Positions 27,884-38,655 of a stretch of 64,000 nt of DNA are shown one piece after another. Position 1 is the first letter of the stretch, and every line of letters starts with the position of its first letter. Made by a program: the position numbers and the translations under genes. The notes under the pieces were generated by a model. It was not told the origin of the DNA. It saw only the letters and a program-made list of their open reading frames with translations, and did no database searches. Source of the DNA: an uncultured Gemmatimonadales bacterium (GTDB taxonomy: Bacteria; Gemmatimonadota; Gemmatimonadetes; Gemmatimonadales; Gemmatimonadaceae); the NCBI GenBank assembly GCA_963701965.1, contig OY969695.1:2912001-2976000 (forward strand), given 5' to 3'.

Positions 27884-30800
27884 GTGATTCGGCTCTCGAA
27901 GCATGTCCCCGGTTTCGCACTGGCTTGTGCCATACTGCTCGTGGCGCGTGCCGGAAGTGCCCAGACACCTCCGCCACACCTGTCGTTCAGTGTCGGTGGT
28001 GTGGTTGGGTCCGACACTCTCCACGAGATGATCACAGCGTGCTCCGGGACGACGCCGAACAACACGACATGGGCGGTCACGTTCAACGGGGCCACGGTCA
28101 CATCATCGTTCCCGCTGGTTAGCGGTGGAACGTGTACGTCAGGGTCGCCGCAGCACGGCACGGGGATCGTCACACCGTTGCTCATGGGCACCAACACAAT
28201 GACCGCCCACTTATGCGACCTCGGTACCGTGCGCACGGACCCTCCGGGTTGTGTGACGAACACTCTGACGTTTACGCACGATTACGTTCAGGTGACTCCG
28301 AAGAATGCGACAGGAAAGGGCGTGGTCAACGAACCGGACTCCGTGCTCTTCACTGTTCAGAATCTCCGCCCCGCGGCCTCCACTTTTGCGCTCACGGTCA
28401 CATGTAGTGGCACTGGTGTCTCGGCGTGCACTGCGCCGAGCTCGATCACGGTCCCCGCTTCCTCGAGCAGCCCAGTGCCAGTGCATTTCAATGCCGGTGC
28501 ATTGAACTCCACTGGTACTATGCAACTGAAGGCAGTCTACACCGCAAACACGGCTGCCAAGGACTCCGGTGCGGTGATTTTCACGGCGCAATGGAACTCG
28601 TTTCTCTCTGTGAACACCAGTTACACGAATCAGGAGGATCAAGACGTCGGACTCTGTGCGCAGGCCTGTTTCGCGAATGCCCTCACGGTGTCTACCGTGC
28701 CGTACATCTCCAGCGACACCCCTCGTCGGGTTACCCTCGCGTACAACAGTGACGGACATGCTGTGCGCCCCATCATACGTGCGGACGTCACGATGGCCGC
28801 CGGCGCCCAGGCCGTGCAGGAGTTTCAGCTGCAGGCGCAAGTGAACGGTTCTTTCGCCACCTTCACGAACGGTGAAACGATTCTTCACTTCAGCGCCGTA
28901 CCCGTCAACGGCACGACAATGCCATTCCGGCTGGCCGGAGTCTTCGATGCGAGTACGCTGACCTCCGGTGCTTATGGGCTGAAACTGATCGTCACCGCCA
29001 TTATTCGGATCATATGGAGCAGGTAGTCGACAGTTCGCACGTGCTTGGCATCGTCAACACTCGTCACTCGTCGATCGCAGACGGTTGGTCTGTGTCGGGG
29101 GTACCGTTCCTCTATAGCTACTATCATCCGGACGGCACGTTCGACCAACACATGCTCTTGGTGCCGAACGGCAATGGCTCGGCCGTCGTATACGGACCAG
29201 TGGATTGTGTCACTACCTGCCACTGGGGTGCCCCCACCGGCGTATACAATCAGATCCAGGGCCACGACAGTGCGGGTCTCCACAATCAGGGATACGAGAG
29301 ACTGTACCCTGACACATCAAAGGAAGTATTCAACACTACCGGGCAGCTCGTGTACACCGTCTCGCGTAGCGGCGTGGACACGGTGTTCTACACGTACGAC
29401 GGGTGCTGCAATGCGGGACGCTTGATGACGATCTCCGATCCGCATCGTATGAACGGGGCTACGCACGCAGTCACCACGATTCACTACAGCGCAAACGGTA
29501 TTTCGTCGATCGTCGAGCCCGGCGCGAATGGCGCGAGCGGTGGTGGTCGTACGACCACATTCACGGTCGGTACCGACAGTCTCTTACGCGTGGTCACCGA
29601 TCCTGATAGCGTGACAACACACTTTGGATACGATAGCCAGAGGCGGCTCGACTCTTTGACCGATCGACGCGCTAGCCTGTGGGTCTTCGCCTACGAGCCA
29701 GTAGCCTCGAAGCTCACCCAGACGACGCTGCCGCAAGTGCCGATCGACAACGGCGCCGGCTCCACGACGCTACAACACCCTGTGCTCAATCAGGCGGCGT
29801 GGCACCTCGTCGGAGTGCCAACGAGCGCGACCGGGACCGGCACCCCAGCAGTGCCGGTGCGCGCGGACACTGTGCGGGCGAGCGTGACTGACGCTAGTGG
29901 CCAGACGACGCGATTCACTATCGACAAATGGGGTCAGCCGATGGTCAGCACCGATCCAATCGGGCGAGTGACATCGATCGTGCGTGGCGGCCCCGGCCCA
30001 TTCGCGACACAAGTCACGCACCCCACTGGTATGGTCGACACCTACATTTACGACCAATTCTTGACCGGACACCTCAACCAGTCGATCATCGCCGGTGGGA
30101 ACGCAACTGTGTATAGTTACGGCGCCGCGAACCAAGTCCAATCACAGTCGGGCACCAATCAGCCATCCATCACGTACACCCTCGGCCTCCATGGCCGCGT
30201 GGATTCGGTCGCCGTGGCGGGCGTGGTCCGCACACGTATTACATATGATGCTTTGCAACGGCCGATCGTCGTCGCCGATGCCAAGTTTGATTCGACGACC
30301 TTGCACTACGACGCGCGTACCTTGAATCGCGACAGTGTGACGAGTGCTCAGAGTCGCCGATTTGCGAAACGGGTATTCGATGCCTTCGGACGGGATTCCG
30401 TGCGGCGTGCGTCGGGCGAGCCTTCAAGAACAATGTTGTATGACGTCATGAATCACGTGCTCCAGACTTCAGACGGCGTGCACCCATTGCCCACGACATT
30501 CGCCTACGACTCGCTGCATCCGCGCGCCGTGACCGATCCGAAGGGACAGACGTTCGCCACGACCTACAATGCTCTTGGCTGGATCACACAGCGGACCGAT
30601 CCCACCGGGGCATCCGTGGCCTTTACTTATACGCTGAATGGTCTCGAGGCGAGCATCACGAATCGCCGGAACCAGCGCGTGACGAAACGCTATGACGCGG
30701 TCGGGCGGCTCATCGCGAAGCACGACCCAGCGGTCGCAGCCGCGGACACATTTAGTGTCTCGGCGAATGGCAGGGTAGGCGTTGTCGCGAACGGTGTGTC

Positions 30801-32649
30801 CGTCGACACAGCCTACACGAGTGTGCTGGGTGTCGTGGACTCCGTCACAACATGGATGGGCGCTCATCGTTTCCATCGCGCCTACCAGTACGACAGCCGA
30901 CATCGCTTGACATCAATGGTGACAACAACCACCGCCACTGGCATCGATTTCATGTCGCGGGGGGTGACCTGGGATGCCACTACCGACGAACCGTCCCAAC
31001 TGACGCTCAATACGGCCACGATTGGGCTCCATCATGATTCGACATTTTTTCTGACATCGGTCAGTTTCCCCGGAGGTGCAACGCGATCCGACACCCTGTC
31101 GTCGGCCGGGCTGCTGCTGAATTCGCGATTCACGCCGGCGCCGGTCGATTCGGCGCTGGGGCGGAGCTACGCCTATGACTCTGCCTATCGCATCGTGGAG
31201 ATCGACGGACGCTTTTCGGGAGCATCCGAGCCTGTGCGGGCCTTCCAGTTTGATGGAATCGGAGAGCTGGTGCGTGATCTGCGTGCAACATCAACATCGT
31301 CGCGCACGTGCACAATCACGGGCACCCAGATTACCGATTACCAGTGTACGACGACCACGGGCTTGACGACGAACCAACTGTACGGGTTTCTGTATGATGC
31401 GGCCGGCAATCAGACACAGATCGTCGACTCGACTCATGGCAATGCGATCACCGTCGCCGTGTACCTACCGGGAAACCGCGACAGTACCTTCGGCGCCCTG
31501 ACGTATCAGCGCGATGCCGATGGCAACCGTACCGGCAAAAGCGGCGCAGCGACCGCCATCCAATATGGGTGGAGCGCTGACGGCCGCCTTCTGTCCGTTA
31601 CCGCTGGATCCTATGTACTCAACTACGACTACAACGCTCTTGGGCAGGTCGTGCGCCGCCGCCGCAATGGGACGGCGGACCGTTATTACCTCTGGGATGG
31701 CAATAAGCTCTTGGCCGAGCTCGATGGAGCGGCGAACGCCCGTGTCAATGAATACGCGTATTACCCAACTGCTGATCGGCCGCTGGCTGTTATCACCGGG
31801 GCGGCGGGCGCAGCGGTGCCGCATTACTATGCCGTCGATCAGGTTGGTGCCGTTATTGGCACGTTTACGTCGGGCCCGGAGCAAGGCCTCACATACGATC
31901 CCTGGGGCAGGCTCGAAAGTGCCACCACGACTACCGGTGACACGACGCACCTTCGGTGGAAGGGCCTGCTGTGGGAGGGTGATTCGACGCAACTCTACTA
32001 CGTCCGGAATCGTTGGTACGACCCGGTAAGTCGTCGCTTCATTACCGAGGATCCGCTTGGTACCACCAGCGGCACGAATCAATACACCTTCGCCGGTGGT
32101 GATCCAGTCAACGCCAACGATCCGACAGGGCTCGCCTGCCGGGAGCACAGCGATCTCGACACGTGCTTCTCCGGCCCGGCCGGGATAGACGGCTTCGGGA
32201 CGCCGGACGGATACGCCGGGTTCTCGGGACCGAGCACGCTACAAGACATCGTGAACTCCGTGTGCCCGGGTGCGGGTTCTTGCGATGTGACGATTACCGA
32301 TCCGGCCGCCATCCAAGAACTCTTCGCGGACAACTACTCAGCGTACTTCATTGACTTTCAGTTCCAGGACCAGTTGCCAGGTTGTCCGGACGGAACTAAC
32401 AAGTTCGGGGGGCCTGGTCCCGTCGATGATGCGACGTCGGGTTCAACGATCGGGATGTATAACTACACCTTGACGCTCTGGGTGTGGTTCCCCGACCTTA
32501 GTTCGGGCGACTTTTTCACCAAGAGCACGGCCATTTATTCAGGCAGACTGGATGTCAACTCGCGTTTCTCTTCGAGAACATATTTCGTGCCCTCTGCCAC
32601 CGTCGACTGCGCTACGGGCAACGGCCACGGGACGGCTATCTCGCCCTAA
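27884..32649 (+). CDS. RHS/YD-repeat protein 2 with Sec signal peptide; split by an apparent 1-bp deletion near 29001 (~1588 aa if repaired)
   Basis: AGGAGG then GTG 27884; ...AILLVARAGSA|Q; both halves align colinearly with RHS-1; core YYVRNRWYDPVSRRFITEDP...GDPVNANDPTG. Confidence 0.9.
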
Positions 32650-32657
32650 TCTTCCCG

Positions 32658-33203
32658 ATGATGGATCAATTGGACACCGTGCCGGATGATGCTAACCTTC
32701 GAATGGCGCGGGCGACCCTCGTCGCGCTGCATAGTTCGATTGCCGAACACTACCGTCCCTCCCAGAGCCCGGTGGTATTTCTGCCGGGACTTCGGCCCTT
32801 CGATGTCGCCGGAGCAGTGGAGTACCTGGCGCGGTTGCCCAAGCCGGTCGTGTGCATTGGGCTCGAAGCCGCTGGCGCCCTGGTGATCGGGTGCTGGGAG
32901 GCTGGTTGCATAGAGACTGGCACTGACAGTAGCACGGACCGCGAATTCGCGCGTCAAGCTTGCGATGGGATTTTTCGCAACGCGGCTCTGCGCGGTGCGC
33001 CGGCGCGAGCCGAGGTGAAAGGCGTTACAGAAAGTGTGCAGCTGGAGGGGCCCGAGATCGAGCGGTGGCTGCGAGACTTTGCGATGCCCCTTGCCGTCCG
33101 TAGCGTCAGGTGGGGAGACCGTGAGGGTCGCTTGACGGGAGTAGACGCCGTCTTTCTCACGAATGCCTGGCGCCCAGGAAACTTCTCAGGTCGTTCGTGG
33201 TGA
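32658..33203 (+). CDS. Hypothetical protein, candidate immunity protein for RHS-2
   Basis: Starts 8 bp after RHS-2 stop, same strand, 181 aa. Confidence 0.6.
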   Translation: MMDQLDTVPDDANLRMARATLVALHSSIAEHYRPSQSPVVFLPGLRPFDVAGAVEYLARLPKPVVCIGLEAAGALVIGCWEAGCIETGTDSSTDREFARQACDGIFRNAALRGAPARAEVKGVTESVQLEGPEIERWLRDFAMPLAVRSVRWGDREGRLTGVDAVFLTNAWRPGNFSGRSW

Positions 33204-34123
33204 GGTACATCGTAAGCGTCGTGGGGCTTGCCTGTGTGACCGGTGCGTTTGCCGCGGTGGCCCGGAGTCAGAGCATCGCGCCCGAGTCGACCGCGCTTGC
33301 GGACACGGCCGCGCGGATCGAGCTCATTGCCCTACGCTCTGTCGTCCCGGCCGGACGCGTGCCGGGTCTCTATCAGATGGGCAACGGATCGCCGGTTGGA
33401 CGCGACGAGGCGATTCGCTGGCTCGCGACGCGTCCCAAGCCCAGCGAGTGCCACGCCTCGGTAACCGCGGCGGTGCTGGCGATGGTCTGCCAGCCGTTCG
33501 ATTCGTTGAGCGCCGATGAACAAGAGAACATTCGCGTTCCGTTGAAGGGAATCGATGGCAAACCCGGATTGCTCGGTTTTCTTCGTCTCACGCGCGGCGC
33601 GGCAGCCGACAGCGTCCGGGTCGTGTGCATCGGGCAGGGCGGCGATACGATCACCACGCGCACTCGGGATGTGGAACAATGGTTTCGAGACTATCCCATT
33701 TGGACGCCGACGGCTCCGCCGTGGCCGCCGCCGCCGATGTATGAGGTGGAGGCGCGAGACGTGACGACTCTGACTCATGCGCCCGTCACACTCTACGAAC
33801 TGGGGCAGCGCCGATCGGCGGTCGCGGTCGTGCGGTTCGCGCCGGTTCCGACCGACCGTGTAGGTCTTGAAGATATCGCTGACGACGCTCCGCGCGAAGC
33901 AACCGACAGCACGCGACGCGCGGCGGCGCGAGAGACATACCTCATTTCGGTTGCCGAGCAGCTTGACCATGTGAGGTTAGACGGACCTGATTCGGCGGAG
34001 CATGCCTATCTCGCCTGGTTGACTGGCGTAATGCGGCGCACCTGGGCCGGGCGAGCAATTCCACCAATGGTCCAAGCGTTTTTGGAGAGGGTCGATGCCA
34101 ACACGCCCAAAGCGGGCCACTAA
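33200..34123 (+). CDS. Exported hypothetical protein, candidate immunity/accessory
   Basis: GTGA overlap with preceding gene; signal-like RYIVSVVGLACVTGAFAAVARS. Confidence 0.6.
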   Translation: MRYIVSVVGLACVTGAFAAVARSQSIAPESTALADTAARIELIALRSVVPAGRVPGLYQMGNGSPVGRDEAIRWLATRPKPSECHASVTAAVLAMVCQPFDSLSADEQENIRVPLKGIDGKPGLLGFLRLTRGAAADSVRVVCIGQGGDTITTRTRDVEQWFRDYPIWTPTAPPWPPPPMYEVEARDVTTLTHAPVTLYELGQRRSAVAVVRFAPVPTDRVGLEDIADDAPREATDSTRRAAARETYLISVAEQLDHVRLDGPDSAEHAYLAWLTGVMRRTWAGRAIPPMVQAFLERVDANTPKAGH

Positions 34124-34173
34124 CCGGGCACGAGTCGCGCGATTATGATGACATCCAACCGGAGCGCGCCCCG

Positions 34174-34236
34174 ATGCCCGTGTGGGAGGCCACTGTGTGT
34201 ATGTGTTCTTTCTCGTCGGCTTCTTTGCGCTCGCGC
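34174..34236 (+). pseudogene. 5' remnant of a membrane-protein paralog (family at 34674-36262), cut by an IS remnant
   Basis: ggagcgcgccccgatgcccgtgtgggag...gtgttctttctcgtcggc nearly identical to 35831-35888. Confidence 0.6.
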
Positions 34237-34490
34237 TTCGGAACCTGTCAACGAGTTTGAGACACCGGGTGGGTGGAGTTTACGGAGCGACGCTCGCTGA
34301 CGGGGCGCGAGATTGGGGTGGGTTGATCCATGCCGCCGTCGGCAGCGCGGGTGGGATCGGCATTTGGCGGACGAACCGCTCCGGGTGTGCGGCGTAGGCA
34401 GCCTGCGCACGGTGGCGCGGGCCCCGCGCCGGGCATCGGCGAGGCCGTGATGGACGTCGTGGGGCGTGTGCAGCCCGAGCCCGCCGTGGC
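34237..34490 (-). mobile_element. 3' remnant of an IS3-like transposase with terminal IR
   Basis: HGGLGLHTPHDVHHG / AAYAAHPERFVRQMPIPPALPTAAWINPP across a frameshift; end sequence TGTCTCAAACTCGTTGACAGGTTCCG. Confidence 0.7.
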
Positions 34491-34673
34491 GAGCAACAGC
34501 CACACGCACATCCTCGATCACCCTCAGACACTAAATCCAGGGAAGGTCGGTGTCTCACTCATATTGGCAGAGAGGGGCCAAGTTGAACGGCCGCCCTCGA
34601 CAAACGCTCGGCTGGCAGACACCATCCGAAGCGTTCGCCCGGCTGTTGCGATGACCGCGTGAGACCGCCCCTC

Positions 34674-35090
34674 ATGAATTCCTGGACGATAGCTCTCGGC
34701 GTCGAGTTTGTGCTGGCGCCAATCAGCCTTGCGGTACTTGGGGCGCGCTTCGGACGTGGACAGTGGCGATGGACTCTGTACGGTATCGCGCTGATCGCGA
34801 TCGCGGCTGGCACGCTGCTCTACATTGGCCGTTTGGCAGTCGGCTCGCACGTTCTGCTGCCTGACGGAACGTGGGGGAGTGCGTGGCGTGATCCCTGGCA
34901 GTTACCGCCGGCGCTGGCCTTCGCCGGCGTGCCCGTGTGGGCGGTGGTATATCGGGCGACGAAGCGATCCGATGTTGCGCCGGCGGTGACTCTGCGTGAC
35001 TTGCTAAGGACCGCGCTGCTGTCCATGGTTATCGCGCTCCCCTTCAGCCTGTTCGTGGCACTGGCGACTTGTCACGGCACCTGCTCCTGA
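34674..35090 (+). CDS. Four-TM membrane protein, paralog array member A
   Basis: VLLPDGTWGSAWRDPW motif shared with neighbours. Confidence 0.7.
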   Translation: MNSWTIALGVEFVLAPISLAVLGARFGRGQWRWTLYGIALIAIAAGTLLYIGRLAVGSHVLLPDGTWGSAWRDPWQLPPALAFAGVPVWAVVYRATKRSDVAPAVTLRDLLRTALLSMVIALPFSLFVALATCHGTCS

Positions 35091-35112
35091 TGACAATGTG
35101 CCGAGGCGTGCG

Positions 35113-35526
35113 ATGAACATGTTCCCGATCGCTCTCGTGGCGTTGCTGTTTCTCGGAGCGTTCGCGTTGGCATTGGTCGACCTGCACCTCGTGCGCCGAG
35201 GACGGGGGCGGGCCGTTTATACAGCCATGGGCGTCTTCGTCGCTGTCGGTACGATTGTCTACGGTGCCGCCAGTCCGTGGTCAGCACTGCTGCCGAACCG
35301 CTCGTGGGACAGTGTGCTTCGCCTACCCTGGCACCTCCTGCCGACACCGGTCATCCTGTTTGGCGTGCCCGCTCTTGGGCTCGCGTGGTGGACATCGGGC
35401 GCCTCGCCTGACAAACCAGCGCGGTCCGATGTCGTATCGACGATCCTCCTGACGATGGTCCTCCTCATGGCCGGCGCCGGCGTGCTCGCGATCTTTCTCG
35501 GATTGCTGGGCGGCCTTATGAGCTAA
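35113..35526 (+). CDS. Four-TM membrane protein, paralog array member B
   Basis: GAGG RBS; ALLPNRSWDSVLRLPW...LFGVPALGLAWWTSGAS...PARSD. Confidence 0.72.
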   Translation: MNMFPIALVALLFLGAFALALVDLHLVRRGRGRAVYTAMGVFVAVGTIVYGAASPWSALLPNRSWDSVLRLPWHLLPTPVILFGVPALGLAWWTSGASPDKPARSDVVSTILLTMVLLMAGAGVLAIFLGLLGGLMS

Positions 35527-35630
35527 TATTATGATGATTGAACTTACGGCCACATGACTTTGCCCTCTGGAGGGGCAAAGGGCCGGCTAGCTCGCGGCGC
35601 CCCGCCACCGGAAGGGAATTTCACGCACGC

Positions 35631-35780
35631 TTCAACATTTGGGCGATCGGTTCCTCTGCGGCGTTTTTCCTCGGCCCGATCACCCTAGCCTTCCTCAACG
35701 TCCCTCTCGTATGGCGGCGGCGACGGTGGGCAGGGTACGCGGCGACTGTCGCGGAGGTGGTCATACGCGCGGTGTCACTA
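35631..35780 (+). pseudogene. Degenerate N-terminal fragment of the same membrane-protein family
   Basis: WAIGSSAAFFLGPITLAFLNVPLVWRRRRWAGY aligns with FFLVGPFVLAFLDLYFVRRQRSQMVY. Confidence 0.5.
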
Positions 35781-35843
35781 TGCGGCTGGCGAAGAACGGC
35801 TACGCCCGCGATCATAGATTGCATCCGTCAGGAGCGCGCCACG

Positions 35844-36262
35844 ATGACCGTGTGGGAGAGCGCCTTGTGCGTGTTCTTTCTCGTCGGCCCTTTGTGCTCG
35901 CCTTTCTCGACTTGTACTTCGTGCGCCGCCAGCGGTCGCAGATGGTCTATGTGGCGGCGACGCTCTTCGTCGTTCTCGGCATAGCGCTCTTCGGGAGGGC
36001 ACAGGTGAGATACGGCTATGTGCTGCTTCCAAACGGCACGTTCGGCAGCATTCTGGGAGACCCCTGGATGCTCATTGGACCCCCGCTCGCACTCTTCGGA
36101 CTGCCGGCAGGCGGCCTGGCCTGGTGGACCTTAGGAGCGTCGCTGGAGGAACCAGCGCGGGCGGATGCGCGGCACACGCTCTTCGTCGCCATCGCATTCA
36201 TCGCCGCCGGGATGGTGGCCGGCTTGCTGACGGCCATGGCAACGGGTCTCGTCTGGATCTGA
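35844..36262 (+). CDS. Four-TM membrane protein, paralog array member C (1-bp deletion near 35889)
   Basis: AGGAG then ATG 35844 MTVWESALCVFFLVGP, shifting into FVLAFLDLYF...VLLPNGTFGSILGDPW...LFGLPAGGLAWWTLGAS...PARAD. Confidence 0.7.
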
Positions 36263-36359
36263 GATAGAACAAGGCGTTAGTGGCGGTGTCCCGCGCCGGC
36301 CGTCGGCGCCGCCGTGATACCCCTCGATCCCCCACCGCGCAACACGTCACCATGTGCGA

Positions 36360-36481
36360 TCCACCGCGGCGGATCCGCTCCCCCTTCTCGGCATCGATCT
36401 TCGCGAGGCGTGGCACCTCGTGAGCCGCAAAGCTGCGCTCGGCGATCGGCGCGATTGGCTGGAGGTTCAAGATGTCCTTGC
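36360..36481 (-). pseudogene. C-terminal fragment duplicating the nucleotidyltransferase at 40676-41206
   Basis: KDILNLQPIAPIAERSFAAHEVPRLAKIDAEK vs KDISDLQQIGPTAAERSFAAHEVPRLAKIDVEK; DNA near-identical to ~40730-40830. Confidence 0.75.
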
Positions 36482-36578
36482 AGGCGAGTGTGCGAATACA
36501 ACGATCCATTTATGTGCGGAGCGGCGGCCGCAGGAGCTCGCGCCTTTCCATCGAGGGCGACGTCGACTGGCACTACGC

Positions 36579-36989
36579 TCACGCTCGGGAGAATGGATTG
36601 ACGACCGCGACACCGGCGCGCCGCAGGTGCGCCTCGCTTCGCGTGGCAACCGATAGCCCATGCTCGAGCGCGGTCGCTGCCAGCAGCATGTCGACTGCGC
36701 GCTGCGGCTGGGCCGCAACCAGCGCGCCCCATCGCATCGCGACCGCCGAATCAACCGGGAGGATGCGGTCGCCATACCCGGTCACCAGGCGATCGAGCCA
36801 TCGTTCCAACTCGTCGGCGTGCGCAGGATTGTCCCGGTGTCGTAGCGCCATGCCGCTCGCGATCTCTCCGATCGTCACGACGCTAACAAAGGCCGCCCCC
36901 GGCCCAAGCGCCCGGACCCACGCAACAACGCGCGGGTCGGGCCGCGGCCGCCGCAACTCCGAAATGACGTTCGTATCCAGCAGGTACAT
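36579..36989 (-). CDS. vapC: VapC PIN-domain toxin
   Basis: MYLLDTNVISE, SVVTIGEI..G, DMLLAATA..HGL.VATR. Confidence 0.92.
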   Translation of the reverse strand: MYLLDTNVISELRRPRPDPRVVAWVRALGPGAAFVSVVTIGEIASGMALRHRDNPAHADELERWLDRLVTGYGDRILPVDSAVAMRWGALVAAQPQRAVDMLLAATALEHGLSVATRSEAHLRRAGVAVVNPFSRA

Positions 36990-37014
36990 GGCTGCGGTGA
37001 TCCGGCGAGCCGGG

Positions 37015-37302
37015 TCAGATGTCGACGTCGCGCAATGTCATGCGAATACGCTTCGGCCCGGTGCGAACGGCGTCCTTTGGGGCATTAAGGAGAAACTGTT
37101 CGAATGATTCCCGCTCGCCCTCGACGACATGCGCGACACGCACGTAATCCTCGTACGACAGCACGACGGCCGTCTTGACCCCGCGTCGGGTCACCACCTG
37201 GGGCCCTGACGCGGCGGCGCCGATGACTTCGCTGAGCTTGTTCTTCGCGTCTTGCAGCGACCACTGGCGCGGTGCAACCAGTCGTGATTGGCGGGTAGGC
37301 AT
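37015..37302 (-). CDS. Phd/YefM-family antitoxin
   Basis: WSLQDAKNKLSEVI..A..GPQVVTRRG..AVVLS; directly upstream of vapC. Confidence 0.9.
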   Translation of the reverse strand: MPTRQSRLVAPRQWSLQDAKNKLSEVIGAAASGPQVVTRRGVKTAVVLSYEDYVRVAHVVEGERESFEQFLLNAPKDAVRTGPKRIRMTLRDVDI

Positions 37303-37323
37303 GACCACGCTCGGTTCAGAATT

Positions 37324-37340
37324 GTTAGCAGCTAGCTAAC
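37324..37340. promoter_or_regulatory. Probable autoregulatory operator of the phd-vapC operon
   Basis: Perfect GTTAGC-N5-GCTAAC inverted repeat about 20 bp upstream of the antitoxin start, in an AT-rich patch. Confidence 0.5.
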
Positions 37341-37344
37341 TGAT

Positions 37345-37513
37345 CTAGCCCGTTCGGCCGGAATGGCAGGCGAAAACCGACTTGGCATGGAGGAAACCCA
37401 GATCGAACGTGTGCGTCACCTCGACGCCCGAAACCTCTTGCGAGCCAGCGCGCCAGCAATGGCGGGAGCTGCGCATCGATCCAGACGCGCAGTACGGGCG
37501 GGCTGGTGCTCAC
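37345..37513 (-). pseudogene. Truncated DUF5615 PIN-like toxin
   Basis: VWIDAQLPPLLARWL then (frameshift) GVEVTHTFDLG; stops early; downstream of DUF433. Confidence 0.7.
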
Positions 37514-37525
37514 GCCGTAAACTCG

Positions 37526-37750
37526 TCAGGCAGCAAGTGTTGGGTGGTCGAATCGTCGCGCGGCGTACTGCAGGGCGGCGAAGATGTCGTCGCCTTCGAG
37601 ATACGGGTAGTCGGCCAAGATCTGCTCGTGCGTCTCGCCCGCGGCGAGCAGCTCCAGAATGTCCTTCACGCGAATGCGCATGCCCCTGATGCACGGTCGC
37701 CCCCCGCACTGATTCGGGCTCACAGTGATCCGATCGAGGAGATTCGTCAC
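37526..37750 (-). CDS. DUF433-family antitoxin
   Basis: RITVSPNQCGGRPCIRGMRIRVKDILELLAAG...ILADYPYLE..DI.AAL.YAA. Confidence 0.92.
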   Translation of the reverse strand: MTNLLDRITVSPNQCGGRPCIRGMRIRVKDILELLAAGETHEQILADYPYLEGDDIFAALQYAARRFDHPTLAA

Positions 37751-37842
37751 GGGCGCTCCTGAGGGTGCGTTGAACGGGTCGAGAGGAATCTAGTCGAACG
37801 TCGACGGCGCGTTGTGACGCGCGACGACACCCCGCGCGCGTC

Positions 37843-38150
37843 CCCTACCCGCCGTAATACCCCTCGATCCCCCAGCGCACGAGCCGGTCGATCACCGTCG
37901 CCCGCCACCAAGACGTCGACCCGAGCAGCTGCGGCGACGCCACCGAGTCCTTGAGCACGATCAACAGCCGCTCGGGCGGCAACCCGCCCATCCGCGCATG
38001 CGACGAAAGCCCCGCCACCGCCGCCCGCATGGCGGGCGTATCGTACTCATCCCGCACCCGCGCCCGCACAAGGGCCGCCACCAACCGCCCCCGATCCGCA
38101 GTCAGCGTCGGGCTGTGTTCGTAATTGGCGGAGTACGCGATAGCAGAAAT
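37843..38150. repeat. ~308-bp direct repeat, copy 1 (copy 2 at 41626-41933)
   Basis: Colinear at constant offset 3783 with only a few mismatches, mostly at the left end. Confidence 0.92.
37845..38084 (-). CDS. 'GxPPER...W.IExYY' family protein, copy inside repeat 1 (5' end possibly lost)
   Basis: GGLPPERLLIVLK...LVRWGIEGYYGG. Confidence 0.6.
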   Translation of the reverse strand: MVAALVRARVRDEYDTPAMRAAVAGLSSHARMGGLPPERLLIVLKDSVASPQLLGSTSWWRATVIDRLVRWGIEGYYGG

Positions 38151-38382
38151 ATTCGGGCACCAACGACGCCTGTCGCTCTATGAATGGTTTGCCGGTTTCG
38201 ACGCACGGCGGAAGTTACTAGCTGACGGTTCTTGGCAATGACGCGATAGTCAGGAGCCTCAGGGAGGGTGACGGAAGCTGGCCCCTAGGCTTGACTGTTG
38301 GATTCTTCGCACAAGTATACAGAATACACAGGTGCCAACGACGCTTGCCGCTCAATAACGGTTTGCCACTTCCGATCTGAGA

Positions 38383-38655
38383 GTGACCTTGATACCGTTT
38401 CGTTCCCCTCGAACGGGCCAACCGGATAGCGGACATATTTCCGGCGGGGCGGCCACGCTGAAGACCATCCTTGTCATCTTGCCCTCGCTTGTCGTGACTG
38501 AGGTCGCGCATTCTAGTAATCGCTTCGTTTTTGCCGGTTCTTTGGTTGCTGGCGCTTTGCTACAAACCGTGGTTCCTCCGGCGAGAAAGGGACTACTCTG
38601 GATTCTTGGGGGATCGCTCATCGTGGCGGCAGTCTATTTGGCTTTCCGAAGGTGA
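38383..38655 (+). CDS. Small hydrophobic hypothetical protein
   Basis: Three hydrophobic segments ending in RR; lower GC; start uncertain. Confidence 0.4.
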   Translation: MTLIPFRSPRTGQPDSGHISGGAATLKTILVILPSLVVTEVAHSSNRFVFAGSLVAGALLQTVVPPARKGLLWILGGSLIVAAVYLAFRR

